From a virus (lineage: Duplodnaviria > Caudoviricetes): a DNA stretch of 41,983 bases. How positions within the stretch are numbered: position 1 is the first letter of the stretch; the number at the start of each line of letters is the position of its first letter. Position numbers and translations under genes: made by a program. A model generated the notes under the pieces. That model was not told the DNA's origin, searched no databases, and saw only the letters and a list, made by a program, of their open reading frames with translations. Of the stretch, positions 1-9,026 are shown piece by piece. The stretch covers positions 1-41,983 of IMG/VR virus record IMGVR_UViG_3300021086_000009; one strand, 5' to 3'.

Positions 1-1
1 T

Positions 2-358
2 CCTGACGGGCTTGTGGGCGACGGCTTAACCGAGTTCAAGTGCCCGAAGAGCAATACCCACGCGGAGTATCTGCTTGGCGAGTGCGTGCCTGATCTCTAC
101 ATCCCGCAAATGATGTGGCAGATGGCTTGTTGCCCTGGCTACCAGTGGTGTGATTTCGCAAGCTATTGCCCGGACTTCCCAGAGCCGCTGGACCTGTTCA
201 TCTGCCGTCTATCCCGTGACGAGAAGCGCATTGCGGCAATGGAAGCGGAGGCCGAAAAGTTTCTAGCGGAAGTCGAAACGATGGTCGTGCGGCTGAAAGA
301 CGGATTGGAAGGGGCGCTGCGCAATAGCTTGCAGGTGATGGAAAAATCGAATGCCTAG
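2..358 (+). CDS. YqaJ/lambda-exonuclease-like recombination nuclease, 5'-truncated by the window
   Basis: Frame open from position 2: PDGLVGDGLTEFKCP (PD..ExK motif), then YIPQMMWQMAC and WCDFASY. Confidence 0.85.
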   Translation, partial: PDGLVGDGLTEFKCPKSNTHAEYLLGECVPDLYIPQMMWQMACCPGYQWCDFASYCPDFPEPLDLFICRLSRDEKRIAAMEAEAEKFLAEVETMVVRLKDGLEGALRNSLQVMEKSNA

Positions 359-698
359 CGTGGACGATGTATTCGAGCGTTGTAAACGGCTGCGGGAGCG
401 CGGCAAGGGCGCTGAGAAGTCGCACTTCGGGCTTGTCTCAGAAGAAGTACAGCAGCGCATCGAAAACGCCCCCAAAGAGGACGGTAAGCGAGCAACGCGC
501 ATTGTGTGGGAGTCAGGGGACCCGGACGTGTACAGCCTGTTTCACAAAGAGCGGGAGCGGTACATGCAGATCGCCAGCGAAAACCCAACACTAGCTACGG
601 AGCTGATGATTATCGTTTTGAAGCTACACCCTGACCGGGAGCTACGAAGTTTTATCAATGCCTTAGGGCCAGCCAAGGCAGCAGGAGCGGCAGGATGA
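351..698 (+). CDS. hypothetical protein
   Basis: 115 aa ORF overlapping both neighbours. Confidence 0.65.
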   Translation: MPSVDDVFERCKRLRERGKGAEKSHFGLVSEEVQQRIENAPKEDGKRATRIVWESGDPDVYSLFHKERERYMQIASENPTLATELMIIVLKLHPDRELRSFINALGPAKAAGAAG

Positions 699-964
699 CG
701 CTAGAACAATTCTTGGAGAAGTTGGAGCAGACGCCGAGAGATTGGGGTCTAACGATGGTCTTTATTCGCCGCGGTAAAGGCGAGGACTATCAGTGCCCAC
801 TCGCTGCGGTCGCTGGAATATTTGATGTGTCCGCGCCACACGATTACGCGAAGAAACTTGGTCTATCAATAAAGCTAGCGAACCGAATCATTGAGGCGGA
901 CGGCTGCCTAACTTTGGAGCCAGAGCTTCGCGCCAAGCTCCTGAAAGCGTGTGGCCTCGCATGA
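695..964 (+). CDS. hypothetical phage protein
   Basis: ATGA overlap with the upstream gene; 89 aa with CPL motif. Confidence 0.7.
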   Translation: MTLEQFLEKLEQTPRDWGLTMVFIRRGKGEDYQCPLAAVAGIFDVSAPHDYAKKLGLSIKLANRIIEADGCLTLEPELRAKLLKACGLA

Positions 965-1089
965 GCGTTCTATGGGGCGGTCGCGCGCATGGCAGCAGAG
1001 GACATATTCCGCAGCATGAGCTGTTCGGCTGGTGCTGCTTCTGGCTGGCGCTGGCAATCATTATCGTGGCGCTGGTCATAGCGGGCTGA
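961..1089 (+). CDS. small membrane protein (42 aa, not in ORF track)
   Basis: ATGA overlap; MSVLWGG...WCCFWLALAIIIVALVIAG has one C-terminal hydrophobic helix. Confidence 0.5.
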   Translation: MSVLWGGRAHGSRGHIPQHELFGWCCFWLALAIIIVALVIAG

Positions 1090-1111
1090 GTTTTTTGTAG
1101 GGGCGGAAAAG

Positions 1112-1348
1112 GTGCAAAGGGAGCGGAGTGACGGGAATAGATGCTGGCATTGCAGTTGTGGATGCGGATTCATCACGGCCAACGGACGCAGATTCTTGAA
1201 AGGTCACACAAGGGAGGAAAGGCAATGGCAAAAAGGACGGGACTTGCTCAAGGGAATCAAGGCTTGGATAAAAAATCCAAGTGCCTCGCAATCGCAGAGA
1301 AAGGAATCGTCACAGGCCACGACTTTGCCGGATTCATGTCCGCGCTAA
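1112..1348 (+). CDS. possible small Zn-binding protein (CxCGCG...FxxGH)
   Basis: Motif common in phage small proteins; overlaps the next gene by 124 nt. Confidence 0.4.
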   Translation: MQRERSDGNRCWHCSCGCGFITANGRRFLKGHTREERQWQKGRDLLKGIKAWIKNPSASQSQRKESSQATTLPDSCPR

Positions 1349-1533
1349 TGAGCGACCTGATCGGCGGCAAGGTGTCTCCCAACATCGGAAATGCAGCCTG
1401 CAACGCTGGCGGCAAACTCCTGAAAGTCGTGGAGATGCAAATGAAATACGGCACGCAGGAAGCTGGCGGAAAAGTTCTGCGGTTGACGATGGGTGCTTCT
1501 CTTGTTGGAGAACAGCAAATAGCAGCGGACTAA
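1225..1533 (+). CDS. hypothetical protein
   Basis: GGGAGG RBS before ATG 1225; helical 102 aa product. Confidence 0.65.
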   Translation: MAKRTGLAQGNQGLDKKSKCLAIAEKGIVTGHDFAGFMSALMSDLIGGKVSPNIGNAACNAGGKLLKVVEMQMKYGTQEAGGKVLRLTMGASLVGEQQIAAD

Positions 1534-1651
1534 AAAGGCCAGGGCGACGCTTGTTCACGCCGCCCAGCAAAGAGAGTTTATCAATCCTAACTTTCGCATT
1601 GGAAAGATAGGGCTGATCGAACGGGGTACCCAAGAAAGATTGTAGCACAAG

Positions 1652-1857
1652 TTTCGTGCCGTGGCGGAATAGACGCGCTGTGAGCGTGGTAGGGGTTGGT
1701 CGTAACCAAGAAGGCCAATTTCTGAGAGCGCCCGTCAGGAAGTAGACGCTAGGGATTGCTGCTCATGCGGTGGGAGCAACGAGCCCACGATCTGAGATGG
1801 GGAAGAAAAATACGCCCATCATCCGAGGTGGCTACGGGAATCCTCGGCGGCACGAAA
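1652..1857 (+). ncRNA. candidate tRNA-like structured RNA
   Basis: 10-bp terminal stem TTTCGTGCCG/CGGCACGAAA; D-arm-like TGGCGGAATAGACGC; T-arm-like CCGAGG/CCTCGG abutting the 3' strand; extra internal hairpins; intergenic. Confidence 0.55.
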
Positions 1858-1941
1858 GTATTACTCAGGAGAATTTGTAACTTCTGCGGCGATCCATCGG
1901 TCGGATGGGCTGGCGGGTTGAGTTTCTGAGGGGGAGTTGGT

Positions 1942-2787
1942 CTGAGCATTCAGGCGATGTCATGGGTGTTGGAACATTCGGAATCTCGTTTGGGCGCTAG
2001 GTGTGTGCTGATGTCGATTGCTAATCATACAGATCGGACTGGCAGGAACGCTTGGCCGTCCATGCACACCATCGCGCTCGAGTCTCGAGTCAGTGAAAGA
2101 GAGGCACAGTATGCCGTAGCAGCACTCAAAGAAATTGGTGAACTTGAAGTAATTCCTGGTGGGGGTCGCGGCAGGCCCAATACGTACCATCTGCCGCTAA
2201 TGTACGCAACGATTGCGTGCTTTGAGCAAGAAAAGGGTGCACAGGGTAGTCCGAAAGGGTGCATGGACCCACCCGAAAGGGTGCACACGGGTGCGCAGGA
2301 GCCGTCCAAAACTGAACCGTCCACTACAGAACCGTCCAAAACTATTGCGCAGGGCTTCGAGATTTTCTGGGATTCGTATCCGGTAGGAAGAAAAGTCGGG
2401 AAGAAGCCCGCCGTCCGCGCTTGGATTCGCTCAGGGTGCGAGGCGCATACCGGCGAAGTGTTGGCTAGCTTGGCGGATTGGAAGAAAACCAATCAGTGGC
2501 AGGACGTGAACTTTATCCCTTATCCGACCACATTTTTGAACGAGGAACGCTGGAAGGACGAAGTACCAAAAGAGGTGAGTAATGGAGCACGCCAAGGAAA
2601 TCCTACAAAGGCCGATGAGCGGTCTAGCCGAAACGCCGCCGCTCTCTCAAGCGTTCTTGGACGCGCTAATGGCGAACTTGGCATTGTTCGGGGAAATCTA
2701 CCGGCAAGAACTGACACCGCTAGCGGTGGTGGCCTACCGCGAAGCCTTGAAGGATTTGTCAGTAAAGGCCCTAAACCTGGGGTTTGA
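1942..2787 (+). CDS. replication initiator (N-terminal winged HTH, phage Rep-type C-terminal domain); probable CTG start
   Basis: SIQAMSWV..., AWPSMHTIALESRVSEREAQYAV HTH, FEIFWDSYP..KVGKKPA and FIPYPTTFLNEERW motifs; internal iterons. Confidence 0.85.
   Translation: MSIQAMSWVLEHSESRLGARCVLMSIANHTDRTGRNAWPSMHTIALESRVSEREAQYAVAALKEIGELEVIPGGGRGRPNTYHLPLMYATIACFEQEKGAQGSPKGCMDPPERVHTGAQEPSKTEPSTTEPSKTIAQGFEIFWDSYPVGRKVGKKPAVRAWIRSGCEAHTGEVLASLADWKKTNQWQDVNFIPYPTTFLNEERWKDEVPKEVSNGARQGNPTKADERSSRNAAALSSVLGRANGELGIVRGNLPARTDTASGGGLPRSLEGFVSKGPKPGV
2232..2343 (+). repeat. iteron array, putative replication origin
   Basis: AAAGGGTGCA at 2232, 2254 and 2276 (22-bp period); RCCGTCCA at 2301, 2316 and 2331 (15-bp period); inside the initiator gene as in lambda O. 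Confidence 0.7.
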
Positions 2788-2983
2788 ACTAGCGCTCAAG
2801 CATTGCAAGTTCATTCCCACGCCGGCAGAGATTCGAGCTTACGCCGCAGAGTGCCCCGCGCCACCGGCTACGAATGGTTGTGAAGTGTGTCGGGGAACTG
2901 GCTGGCGTGTGGTGCCACGGCTGGACGGGCTGGGAGATCAGGCGAGACGTTGCGAGTGCAGCCCGAGGAAGGCCAGCGCATGA
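2582..2983 (+). CDS. helicase loader/inhibitor-like replication protein with C-terminal Zn ribbon
   Basis: GAGGTG RBS; KFIPTPAEIR motif; CEVCRGTGW...RCEC; follows the initiator. Confidence 0.65.
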   Translation: MEHAKEILQRPMSGLAETPPLSQAFLDALMANLALFGEIYRQELTPLAVVAYREALKDLSVKALNLGFELALKHCKFIPTPAEIRAYAAECPAPPATNGCEVCRGTGWRVVPRLDGLGDQARRCECSPRKASA

Positions 2984-3108
2984 ACAACAAACCAAAAGTA
3001 GCGTCGAGCGAAACCAAACCAGCCATAGGCTATCAGTGCAAAAAAGGGCGGCACGATCTGTGCATAAAGCGCACGTGTACTTGCAAGTGCGGCCACGTAA
3101 CGGAGTGA
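2980..3108 (+). CDS. small Cys/His-rich protein
   Basis: ATGA overlap; CKKGRHDLC..CTCKCGH. Confidence 0.55.
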   Translation: MNNKPKVASSETKPAIGYQCKKGRHDLCIKRTCTCKCGHVTE

Positions 3109-3123
3109 GGGGGAGCGTGAGGG

Positions 3124-3360
3124 ATGAATCGAACGGGATGCTCGATTCCTGATTGTCAAGAAGCGCATTGCGCACGCGGGCTTTGCACAAAACACTACGA
3201 CCAATGGCGACACGACACCATATCTACCGCCGCACCAACAGATGACGAGTGGCGGCGTAAGCCACTTAAGAGCGACAGCTTAGAGCTGACTGGACTATCC
3301 CCTTCATGTGAAGCGCAGATGATTTCCATGGCGCGTTGGTTATGGAGGGGTGGGCAGTGA
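3124..3360 (+). CDS. small Zn-finger protein
   Basis: CSIPDC...ARGLCTKHY motif of phage C3H fingers. Confidence 0.65.
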   Translation: MNRTGCSIPDCQEAHCARGLCTKHYDQWRHDTISTAAPTDDEWRRKPLKSDSLELTGLSPSCEAQMISMARWLWRGGQ

Positions 3361-3470
3361 AAACAGACCAGCAGATACGCCAAGAGATGAGCCGATTGAA
3401 AAAGCTATTGCGCGAGCGCAAGCGTAAAGCCCACGGCGAGCCGAAGCGGAGAAAAGGGAGAGGGATATGA
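3357..3470 (+). CDS. small basic protein (37 aa, not in ORF track)
   Basis: GTGA and ATGA overlaps fill the gap exactly; K/R-rich. Confidence 0.5.
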   Translation: MKTDQQIRQEMSRLKKLLRERKRKAHGEPKRRKGRGI

Positions 3471-4003
3471 GCAGAACCCTTACCGAAGCCAATGATTCCA
3501 TTGCCTTTCGTGAACTGCAAGACACTGTTTTGGCAATCCGTCCCAGCCTTAGGTCTCGATGGGGTGCCCTGACAGTAAAGCAAAGATTCATGCGTAGACG
3601 TGAAGCCCGAGGACCGGAAGAATGCTGGCCCTGGAAAGGGGAATTGAACGGAGGTTATGGGCGGTTCGAAATTAAAAGCGGGAACCGAATCATTCGTTCA
3701 TGGGCGCACAGAGCTGCCTATTGCTTCACGAAAGGACCGATACCAAAGGGTTTCCAGATCGATCATCTGTGCCGCAATCGTGCCTGCGTCAATCCAGCGC
3801 ATCTAGAAGCGGTAACCCTTGTTGAAAATGTACGCAGGCAGTATTTAGCCATTGCAAAAACGCATTGCATTAACGGACATGCGTTGACTGCGGAGAATCT
3901 AGTCCTGCATAAACGGAAAAATAGACCCAGTTACAACGAGTGCCTAATTTGCAAAAACAATGCCCTCAGGCGATTCAAAGCGAGAAAGGAACTGAAATCA
4001 TGA
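3467..4003 (+). CDS. HNH endonuclease
   Basis: [42 protein letters not shown]. Confidence 0.9.
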   Translation: MSRTLTEANDSIAFRELQDTVLAIRPSLRSRWGALTVKQRFMRRREARGPEECWPWKGELNGGYGRFEIKSGNRIIRSWAHRAAYCFTKGPIPKGFQIDHLCRNRACVNPAHLEAVTLVENVRRQYLAIAKTHCINGHALTAENLVLHKRKNRPSYNECLICKNNALRRFKARKELKS

Positions 4004-4488
4004 GCGCAGAAGTCTCGCTTCGCAAACAGATTGATTACCATGCTGCGAGGCTGAGGTATCTCCGCAAGCAGTTGCGCAAGAGCAAGGGCTTGCCAGCCAA
4101 GAAGAAAGGGTTGGGTTGCCGTATCGGGGACCGGGATTTAGTCGCAATGGCGCTGCGCGACTTCAAAGACCCCAGCTCGTACATACGGCGAAGCGATGGC
4201 GGGGAAGTTCTGCACGGGCAGGACTGGCGAGACAGGAAAGTAGAATTGCGCGACCGAGCCGGTGGGCGTTGTGAGTATGAGGCACCGTGGAAGATATGGC
4301 CGTTGGGCGGTCCGGCACTGGAGCGATGCGTGAGGGACGGCATGGTTCCAGCGCATATTGAGCCGCGTCATCCCCGGCGCGATGACCGCATGAGCAACTT
4401 GAAACTCTACTGTTTCGAGCATGATCGGCTGACAGAAAAGCAGAATTGGCGTCGGATTCGCTCAGGGAAGGTTGGAGCAACAAAATAA
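4000..4488 (+). CDS. HNH-like nuclease (divergent)
   Basis: RAGGRCE...C...AHIEPR...[15 protein letters not shown]. Confidence 0.65.
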   Translation: MSAEVSLRKQIDYHAARLRYLRKQLRKSKGLPAKKKGLGCRIGDRDLVAMALRDFKDPSSYIRRSDGGEVLHGQDWRDRKVELRDRAGGRCEYEAPWKIWPLGGPALERCVRDGMVPAHIEPRHPRRDDRMSNLKLYCFEHDRLTEKQNWRRIRSGKVGATK

Positions 4489-4588
4489 TGAGTTTTCTCA
4501 CAACTACCGCTCAACCGGGGCGTTCGATGGCATACCGCAAGGCTGTAGCTTTTAGGGTGGAGAGGCAAGAGACGAAAGGAGGACGGCT

Positions 4589-5050
4589 ATGACAGCAGAG
4601 GCGGAGTTGCAGGGGTTACGCGAACTCGTGGAAGCCTCACGCGATGGCTTTCTAAATGGGCAGCCTTACATTCTGACCTACAGCGACATTATCGAGCGAT
4701 TGCGTGAACTGGAGGTACTGCAAATCGCGCGAACCACCTGCGATTACGTGAGCGAGTTTGGCGACTCGACAAAGTGTGGGCGCAAGAAGGGACACAAGGG
4801 CCTGCACATGATGGTGCCAATTGTGCCAGTGACAGAAAAAGGAATTGTGGACAATGACGACCGTGCTTTCTTTGACCGTCATTACTGGCAGATAGCAAAG
4901 CGCCTGCACGATAAACGACTTTGGCGCGGACCGTGGCGCATAGAAGTGAACGAATGCGTCTACAAATTCACCGTCACGGGGTACGCGAAGAAAGGCTCGG
5001 AAGTTTGGAAGGAGAAGGAGGCCGAGGCCAGCACGACGCAGGCGAAATGA
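4589..5050 (+). CDS. hypothetical protein
   Basis: AGGAGG RBS; C..C..GHxGxH motif. Confidence 0.7.
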   Translation: MTAEAELQGLRELVEASRDGFLNGQPYILTYSDIIERLRELEVLQIARTTCDYVSEFGDSTKCGRKKGHKGLHMMVPIVPVTEKGIVDNDDRAFFDRHYWQIAKRLHDKRLWRGPWRIEVNECVYKFTVTGYAKKGSEVWKEKEAEASTTQAK

Positions 5051-5116
5051 AGCGATATGCCATGCACTCAGCACCGAACGGTAGGTGTAGGAAAAAAGAG
5101 CAGGGAAGGTTGGAGC

Positions 5117-5503
5117 ATGAGCGATTCGCTCGAATTTACCGTGCCGCTGGTGCCGCCGAGCGTCAACCATTACAAGAAGCCTCGCGGCAGGGGACACGGC
5201 TATTACGTCACCGCCGAGGCTGAAGCCTTCAAGCGGGCGGTTGCACTCTGCGCCCGTGGGCAATCGGTCAGCGCCAAGACCTACGAATTGGAGGCTCGCG
5301 TTTACTTGGGCCATAAGCAGCGCGGCGACGGAGACAATTTCTGGAAAGTGATATCCGATGCGCTGGTGGAAGCGCGTTGCATTCATTCCGATGCGGCGGT
5401 AGTGACGTGGATTCTGCACAAGGCACGGGATCGGGCGAACCCACGCACGGAGATTTTAATTCTGGCTAAAGAGCAGCACAGGAAGGCCAAAGCAACGCCG
5501 TGA
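5117..5503 (+). CDS. rusA: RusA-family Holliday junction resolvase
   Basis: PPSVNHY, RGDGDNFWKVISDAL, IHSDAAV motifs; GGAG RBS before ATG 5117. Confidence 0.85.
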   Translation: MSDSLEFTVPLVPPSVNHYKKPRGRGHGYYVTAEAEAFKRAVALCARGQSVSAKTYELEARVYLGHKQRGDGDNFWKVISDALVEARCIHSDAAVVTWILHKARDRANPRTEILILAKEQHRKAKATP

Positions 5504-5537
5504 TCGAAATAGGAGAAGCGCTACCGGAGATTCTTTT

Positions 5538-5732
5538 ATGAGCGAAGAACAGAAAGCACGCGAGCGGTGCCTGCAATGTTTGAGGATGCCTTGCCTGTGC
5601 GTAGCGTATCCCGGCATGAAGATTAGCGATGATGATCTGATAGATGCGGCCACTTCATGCAGTAGCAGGGCGGTACGTTTGAAGGCGGAGATTGTTTTGC
5701 GGCAGCGGCACCCAGTACGGAGGCGATCATGA
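5538..5732 (+). CDS. small Cys-rich protein
   Basis: GGAG RBS, CLQC..CLC, ATGA overlap with the next gene. Confidence 0.55.
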   Translation: MSEEQKARERCLQCLRMPCLCVAYPGMKISDDDLIDAATSCSSRAVRLKAEIVLRQRHPVRRRS

Positions 5733-6970
5733 GCGAAGAAAAACAGGTGGGCGCGGGCCAGGTCAGTGGAGTGCGGGAGCGGGCGTGGAGCGTGGCAAAA
5801 AGATTTATGGCTAGCGACCATTCTGCTCCTGAGTCGCGCACGGCAGGCGATACAGATGCGCTCTACCGCATGATCGTGGAAGAATTTGCGTCTCCGCAGT
5901 CGGATGCGCTGGCCAAGCTGGATGAGATTATCGCGTGGGCTAGTTCTAAGACGCCATGTGCCTCTCATTATGACTGCCTGCTGGGTGATTTGAAGGGCTT
6001 GCGCGCGGAACTGGCACCCCTTCCCCAGCCAGTGAGTGGATTGCGGGAGCTGATAGCGAAATGGCGCGAGAACTTTCAGCCCTATGAGCCTTGCGACCAA
6101 ATCTACTACTACGTTGCCGAGCAAGTAATGCAGTGCGCCGACGAACTGGAAGCCGCGCTATCTCTTCCCTCCAGCCCGGTGCAGCCCCCGACTTGTGTTG
6201 TTGAGACTTGCTCCATGCCCAATTCGTGCAAAGAGTTCGGATATTGCTTAGCGCAAGCGGCGGGCGTACGAGCACCGAGCGCCGGGAATGTCTCCGCGCC
6301 AGTGGGGGAGCCGCGCGAAGAACTCTGGAAAGTGATTAAACGATTGTATGAACGGTTTCATCACGGCAGCTTTACAAATTGGCCAGCGATAGCAAATCGA
6401 TTGAATGTTTGGCTGGCCGCACCGGGGGAGAAAACGGCGGACTCAGGAAGTCAGGGGACGCAGGTTGAGCTAACTGCTGAGCAAGCTGAAAAGATTGATG
6501 AAATTATCTCGCGCCACAAAACGGATGAGTTCAACTCATTCCTTGCCGCTGATGACCTGAGCGATTACCTGTTCGGCGGAGTCAATTATCCGGGCATATT
6601 CGCTGCGCTGGCTGCACTAGCGGAGAAACCGGCGCTGGGGAGTGGGCAGGAGCTACGCGAGGCGCTGGAAAAGATAATCGAACATTGCAAGTTTACAAGC
6701 GGATGGGCGGTCAAAGATGAGATTCGCAAGGTAGCTGAGGCTGCCCTGGCGCTCCCTCCCGCCCCTAAGCCGGCGCCGCCTGCCGAAGTGTGGGTAGTTC
6801 TCAAACGCGATTACGAGGACAGGGAACCCCTTTGCGCGTTCACGTCAGAAACGGAAGCGGAGGCAGAAGTCATCAAGCTGCGAGAGGCAGACAAAGACCC
6901 TGTTCCATTTGGCTACATGGCCGTTAATGTGGCCCTGCGCCGCGCATCGCTAGAGAGTGAGGGGAAGTGA
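5729..6970 (+). CDS. mosaic hypothetical protein (413 aa)
   Basis: GGAGG RBS; short helical modules separated by P/A-rich linkers. Confidence 0.7.
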   Translation: MSEEKQVGAGQVSGVRERAWSVAKRFMASDHSAPESRTAGDTDALYRMIVEEFASPQSDALAKLDEIIAWASSKTPCASHYDCLLGDLKGLRAELAPLPQPVSGLRELIAKWRENFQPYEPCDQIYYYVAEQVMQCADELEAALSLPSSPVQPPTCVVETCSMPNSCKEFGYCLAQAAGVRAPSAGNVSAPVGEPREELWKVIKRLYERFHHGSFTNWPAIANRLNVWLAAPGEKTADSGSQGTQVELTAEQAEKIDEIISRHKTDEFNSFLAADDLSDYLFGGVNYPGIFAALAALAEKPALGSGQELREALEKIIEHCKFTSGWAVKDEIRKVAEAALALPPAPKPAPPAEVWVVLKRDYEDREPLCAFTSETEAEAEVIKLREADKDPVPFGYMAVNVALRRASLESEGK

Positions 6971-7515
6971 GCGCACATTGGCGGTACGCAAAATATCTAG
7001 CGCGTCACAAGTGGTTCGTGTTCGTCGCCGGGTTGCGGGTTGGCGCTCCAATCTGGCGGCTCATCATTCACGATTGGAGCAAGCTTCTGCCCTGCGAGTG
7101 GATTCCGTATGCTCGCAGCTTCTACGGTGGCCCGTGGCGCACGCTTCAAGAAATGAGCGCGATGATGCCAGCCTATTCAGGGCCAACTAAGGACAGCGTG
7201 CGTCGGGAATTCGACCGCGCTTGGCTGCATCACCAGCATTTCAATCCGCACCACTGGCAGCACTGGGTACTCCGCGAGGACAGCGGCGCGACAAAGCTGC
7301 TTCAAATGCCCGAGAACTTCGCCCGGGAGATGGTTGCTGATTGGTGTGGCGCGGGCCGGGCGATAACCGGCAAATGGGAAGTGTGGATTTGGTACGCCAA
7401 GAATCGCGAGCAGATTCAAATGCACCAAGATACGCGGTCGCTAGTCGAAAGCCTGATTTACGTTGAGCAGGGAGAGTTGGAGCGACCGGGAGCAGCCGCA
7501 AAAGTAGATTCTTAG
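6967..7515 (+). CDS. DUF5662-like HD-fold protein
   Basis: RHKWFV, HDWSK, AWLHHQHFNPHHWQHWV, MP...EMVADW. Confidence 0.8.
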   Translation: MSAHWRYAKYLARHKWFVFVAGLRVGAPIWRLIIHDWSKLLPCEWIPYARSFYGGPWRTLQEMSAMMPAYSGPTKDSVRREFDRAWLHHQHFNPHHWQHWVLREDSGATKLLQMPENFAREMVADWCGAGRAITGKWEVWIWYAKNREQIQMHQDTRSLVESLIYVEQGELERPGAAAKVDS

Positions 7516-7529
7516 CAGAGAAAGGGGGA

Positions 7530-7736
7530 ATGATGGGCGACAAATGGGATGCAGTACACCAAGCAGTGCTTTACGTTTTGGCTGAGTTGGAGTTTGGAGA
7601 GGCAGGCTTGCGAGGCGATGCAAGGGAGCGATTGCTGCGCGAATGGTACGAAAAGCGGAAGGCCGGGATTGAGCAAGCCATTGAGATGGAACTGTATCAG
7701 CCTCCGGTGGCCCTCAACCAAACGCAGACTGCCTGA
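7530..7736 (+). CDS. hypothetical protein
   Basis: GGGGG RBS; 68 aa helical. Confidence 0.5.
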   Translation: MMGDKWDAVHQAVLYVLAELEFGEAGLRGDARERLLREWYEKRKAGIEQAIEMELYQPPVALNQTQTA

Positions 7737-7814
7737 CGTGGTAAACCTCGATGCTGCCCGCAAGCGGTAGGTGTAGGCGGGCGGGCGGCGCGGGGAGAAA
7801 GGTGGGGTAGGCGA

Positions 7815-8039
7815 GTGAGCGAGCGGTTTCAACTTCGGTTCTTGCGAGAGTTGGGACGATACAAAAGTGATTTACGTACCCCTCGCAGTGCTGAACGGTG
7901 GGCTGTATACCAAGAAGCGTTAGGGATATACGAGACTTTTGAATTACATGCGCATGCTTGGTGGTATCTATGGAATGTGGCATTCGACATAGCGGAGGAT
8001 CGAAAGCGTACGGCGATGCAGGCAGGGCGTGGCGCATGA
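7815..8039 (+). CDS. hypothetical protein
   Basis: 74 aa, ATGA overlap with the next gene. Confidence 0.55.
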   Translation: MSERFQLRFLRELGRYKSDLRTPRSAERWAVYQEALGIYETFELHAHAWWYLWNVAFDIAEDRKRTAMQAGRGA

Positions 8040-8425
8040 CTACGGTAGCGGAGCGGGAGCGGGAATTGGCGCGTCTGTGCGTGGACCCACTTCGAGCGGA
8101 GGTTATGCAAAATATCAATACCGCTCAGTTGCTTGATAATCGGAGCGATTCAGCCTATGAAGCCTTGCGGTCTGCATCCATCGCGCGAATGGATAGACTT
8201 GAGGCCCGCGTAGCCGATGCGCTGGCCACCTGTGCGAACGAGGCGCTGGAGCGCGACAGGCAAATTAAAATTGGAAACGTGACGCGCATAGTCGCTGAGT
8301 TGCGCTCCACGGGCAAAGACTTCGACTCAATGGGCTATGGACTATTCGGCTGCAAGATGCGCCGCTTGGCGAGCGAAGTAGAAGATTTGGCTGAGCGTGC
8401 GCTGAAAGCAGAGGGGCTGAAATGA
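8036..8425 (+). CDS. hypothetical protein
   Basis: ATG 8036 in ATGA overlap; coiled/helical. Confidence 0.6.
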   Translation: MTTVAERERELARLCVDPLRAEVMQNINTAQLLDNRSDSAYEALRSASIARMDRLEARVADALATCANEALERDRQIKIGNVTRIVAELRSTGKDFDSMGYGLFGCKMRRLASEVEDLAERALKAEGLK

Positions 8426-8471
8426 GCGAGCGGATAGACGTAATCGACCTACAGAAGAAACTTGGCGCGCT

Positions 8472-8711
8472 TTGTGGCAAGCAGACGTGGCGACAACGCG
8501 TGACGTGCTGGCCCGTGCGCTGGCAGCGTGTGCGCTGGAGGCGCGGCTTGCGGCATTAGAGGAAGCGCGGCAAGTAGCTATCGCTGAAAAGAATGCATGG
8601 CTAAAGATGGAGCGTTGGCTTCCGGCTGATGCCGCAGACAACTGCGAAATAAGCATTAGGGCTTTAATTGCCGAGAGTGGGCTGGAACGCGCAGCAGGAG
8701 AGAAGTCGTGA
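8472..8711 (+). CDS. hypothetical protein; start uncertain, possibly frameshifted from ATG 8422
   Basis: Helical A-rich frame ending in GTGA overlap; no clear RBS. Confidence 0.5.
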   Translation: MWQADVATTRDVLARALAACALEARLAALEEARQVAIAEKNAWLKMERWLPADAADNCEISIRALIAESGLERAAGEKS

Positions 8712-8971
8712 GCGTTTGGGGAGTGTTGATTTTCAGGCATGGCCTACCGGGGGCTACTTCTCATGGGCAAATACGCGCAGTCGTAGCGGTCAAAAGTCGC
8801 GCAGCAGCAGCTAGAGCGTTCGGCGTAAAGGATTCATTCCTGCGGGAGTACGGCAGCATTACGGCTAATGAGCAAGAGGTAGCAGCGGCCATGTCCAAGC
8901 CAGGAGCGGTGTTCGTGCATACGAGCGAGACTCACACCACTGGATTGGTGGAACTCAAGGCGAAGAAATGA
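8708..8971 (+). CDS. hypothetical protein
   Basis: GGAG RBS, 87 aa. Confidence 0.6.
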   Translation: MSVWGVLIFRHGLPGATSHGQIRAVVAVKSRAAAARAFGVKDSFLREYGSITANEQEVAAAMSKPGAVFVHTSETHTTGLVELKAKK

Positions 8972-9026
8972 TGGCATTAGCTATGGTCTTGGCGATGGGT
9001 GAGAAAAGGTTGCGAGAGGCTAAGGG

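Noticed and set aside
1652-1857. Canonical tRNA or tmRNA gene
   Set aside because: No TTCRA T-loop, no 7-nt anticodon loop, no CCA and no tmRNA-type ends; kept only as a tRNA-like candidate
7776-7810. G-rich stretch resembling a G-quadruplex
   Set aside because: Four G-runs but one long loop; short intergenic and RBS context in a GC-rich genome; no independent support
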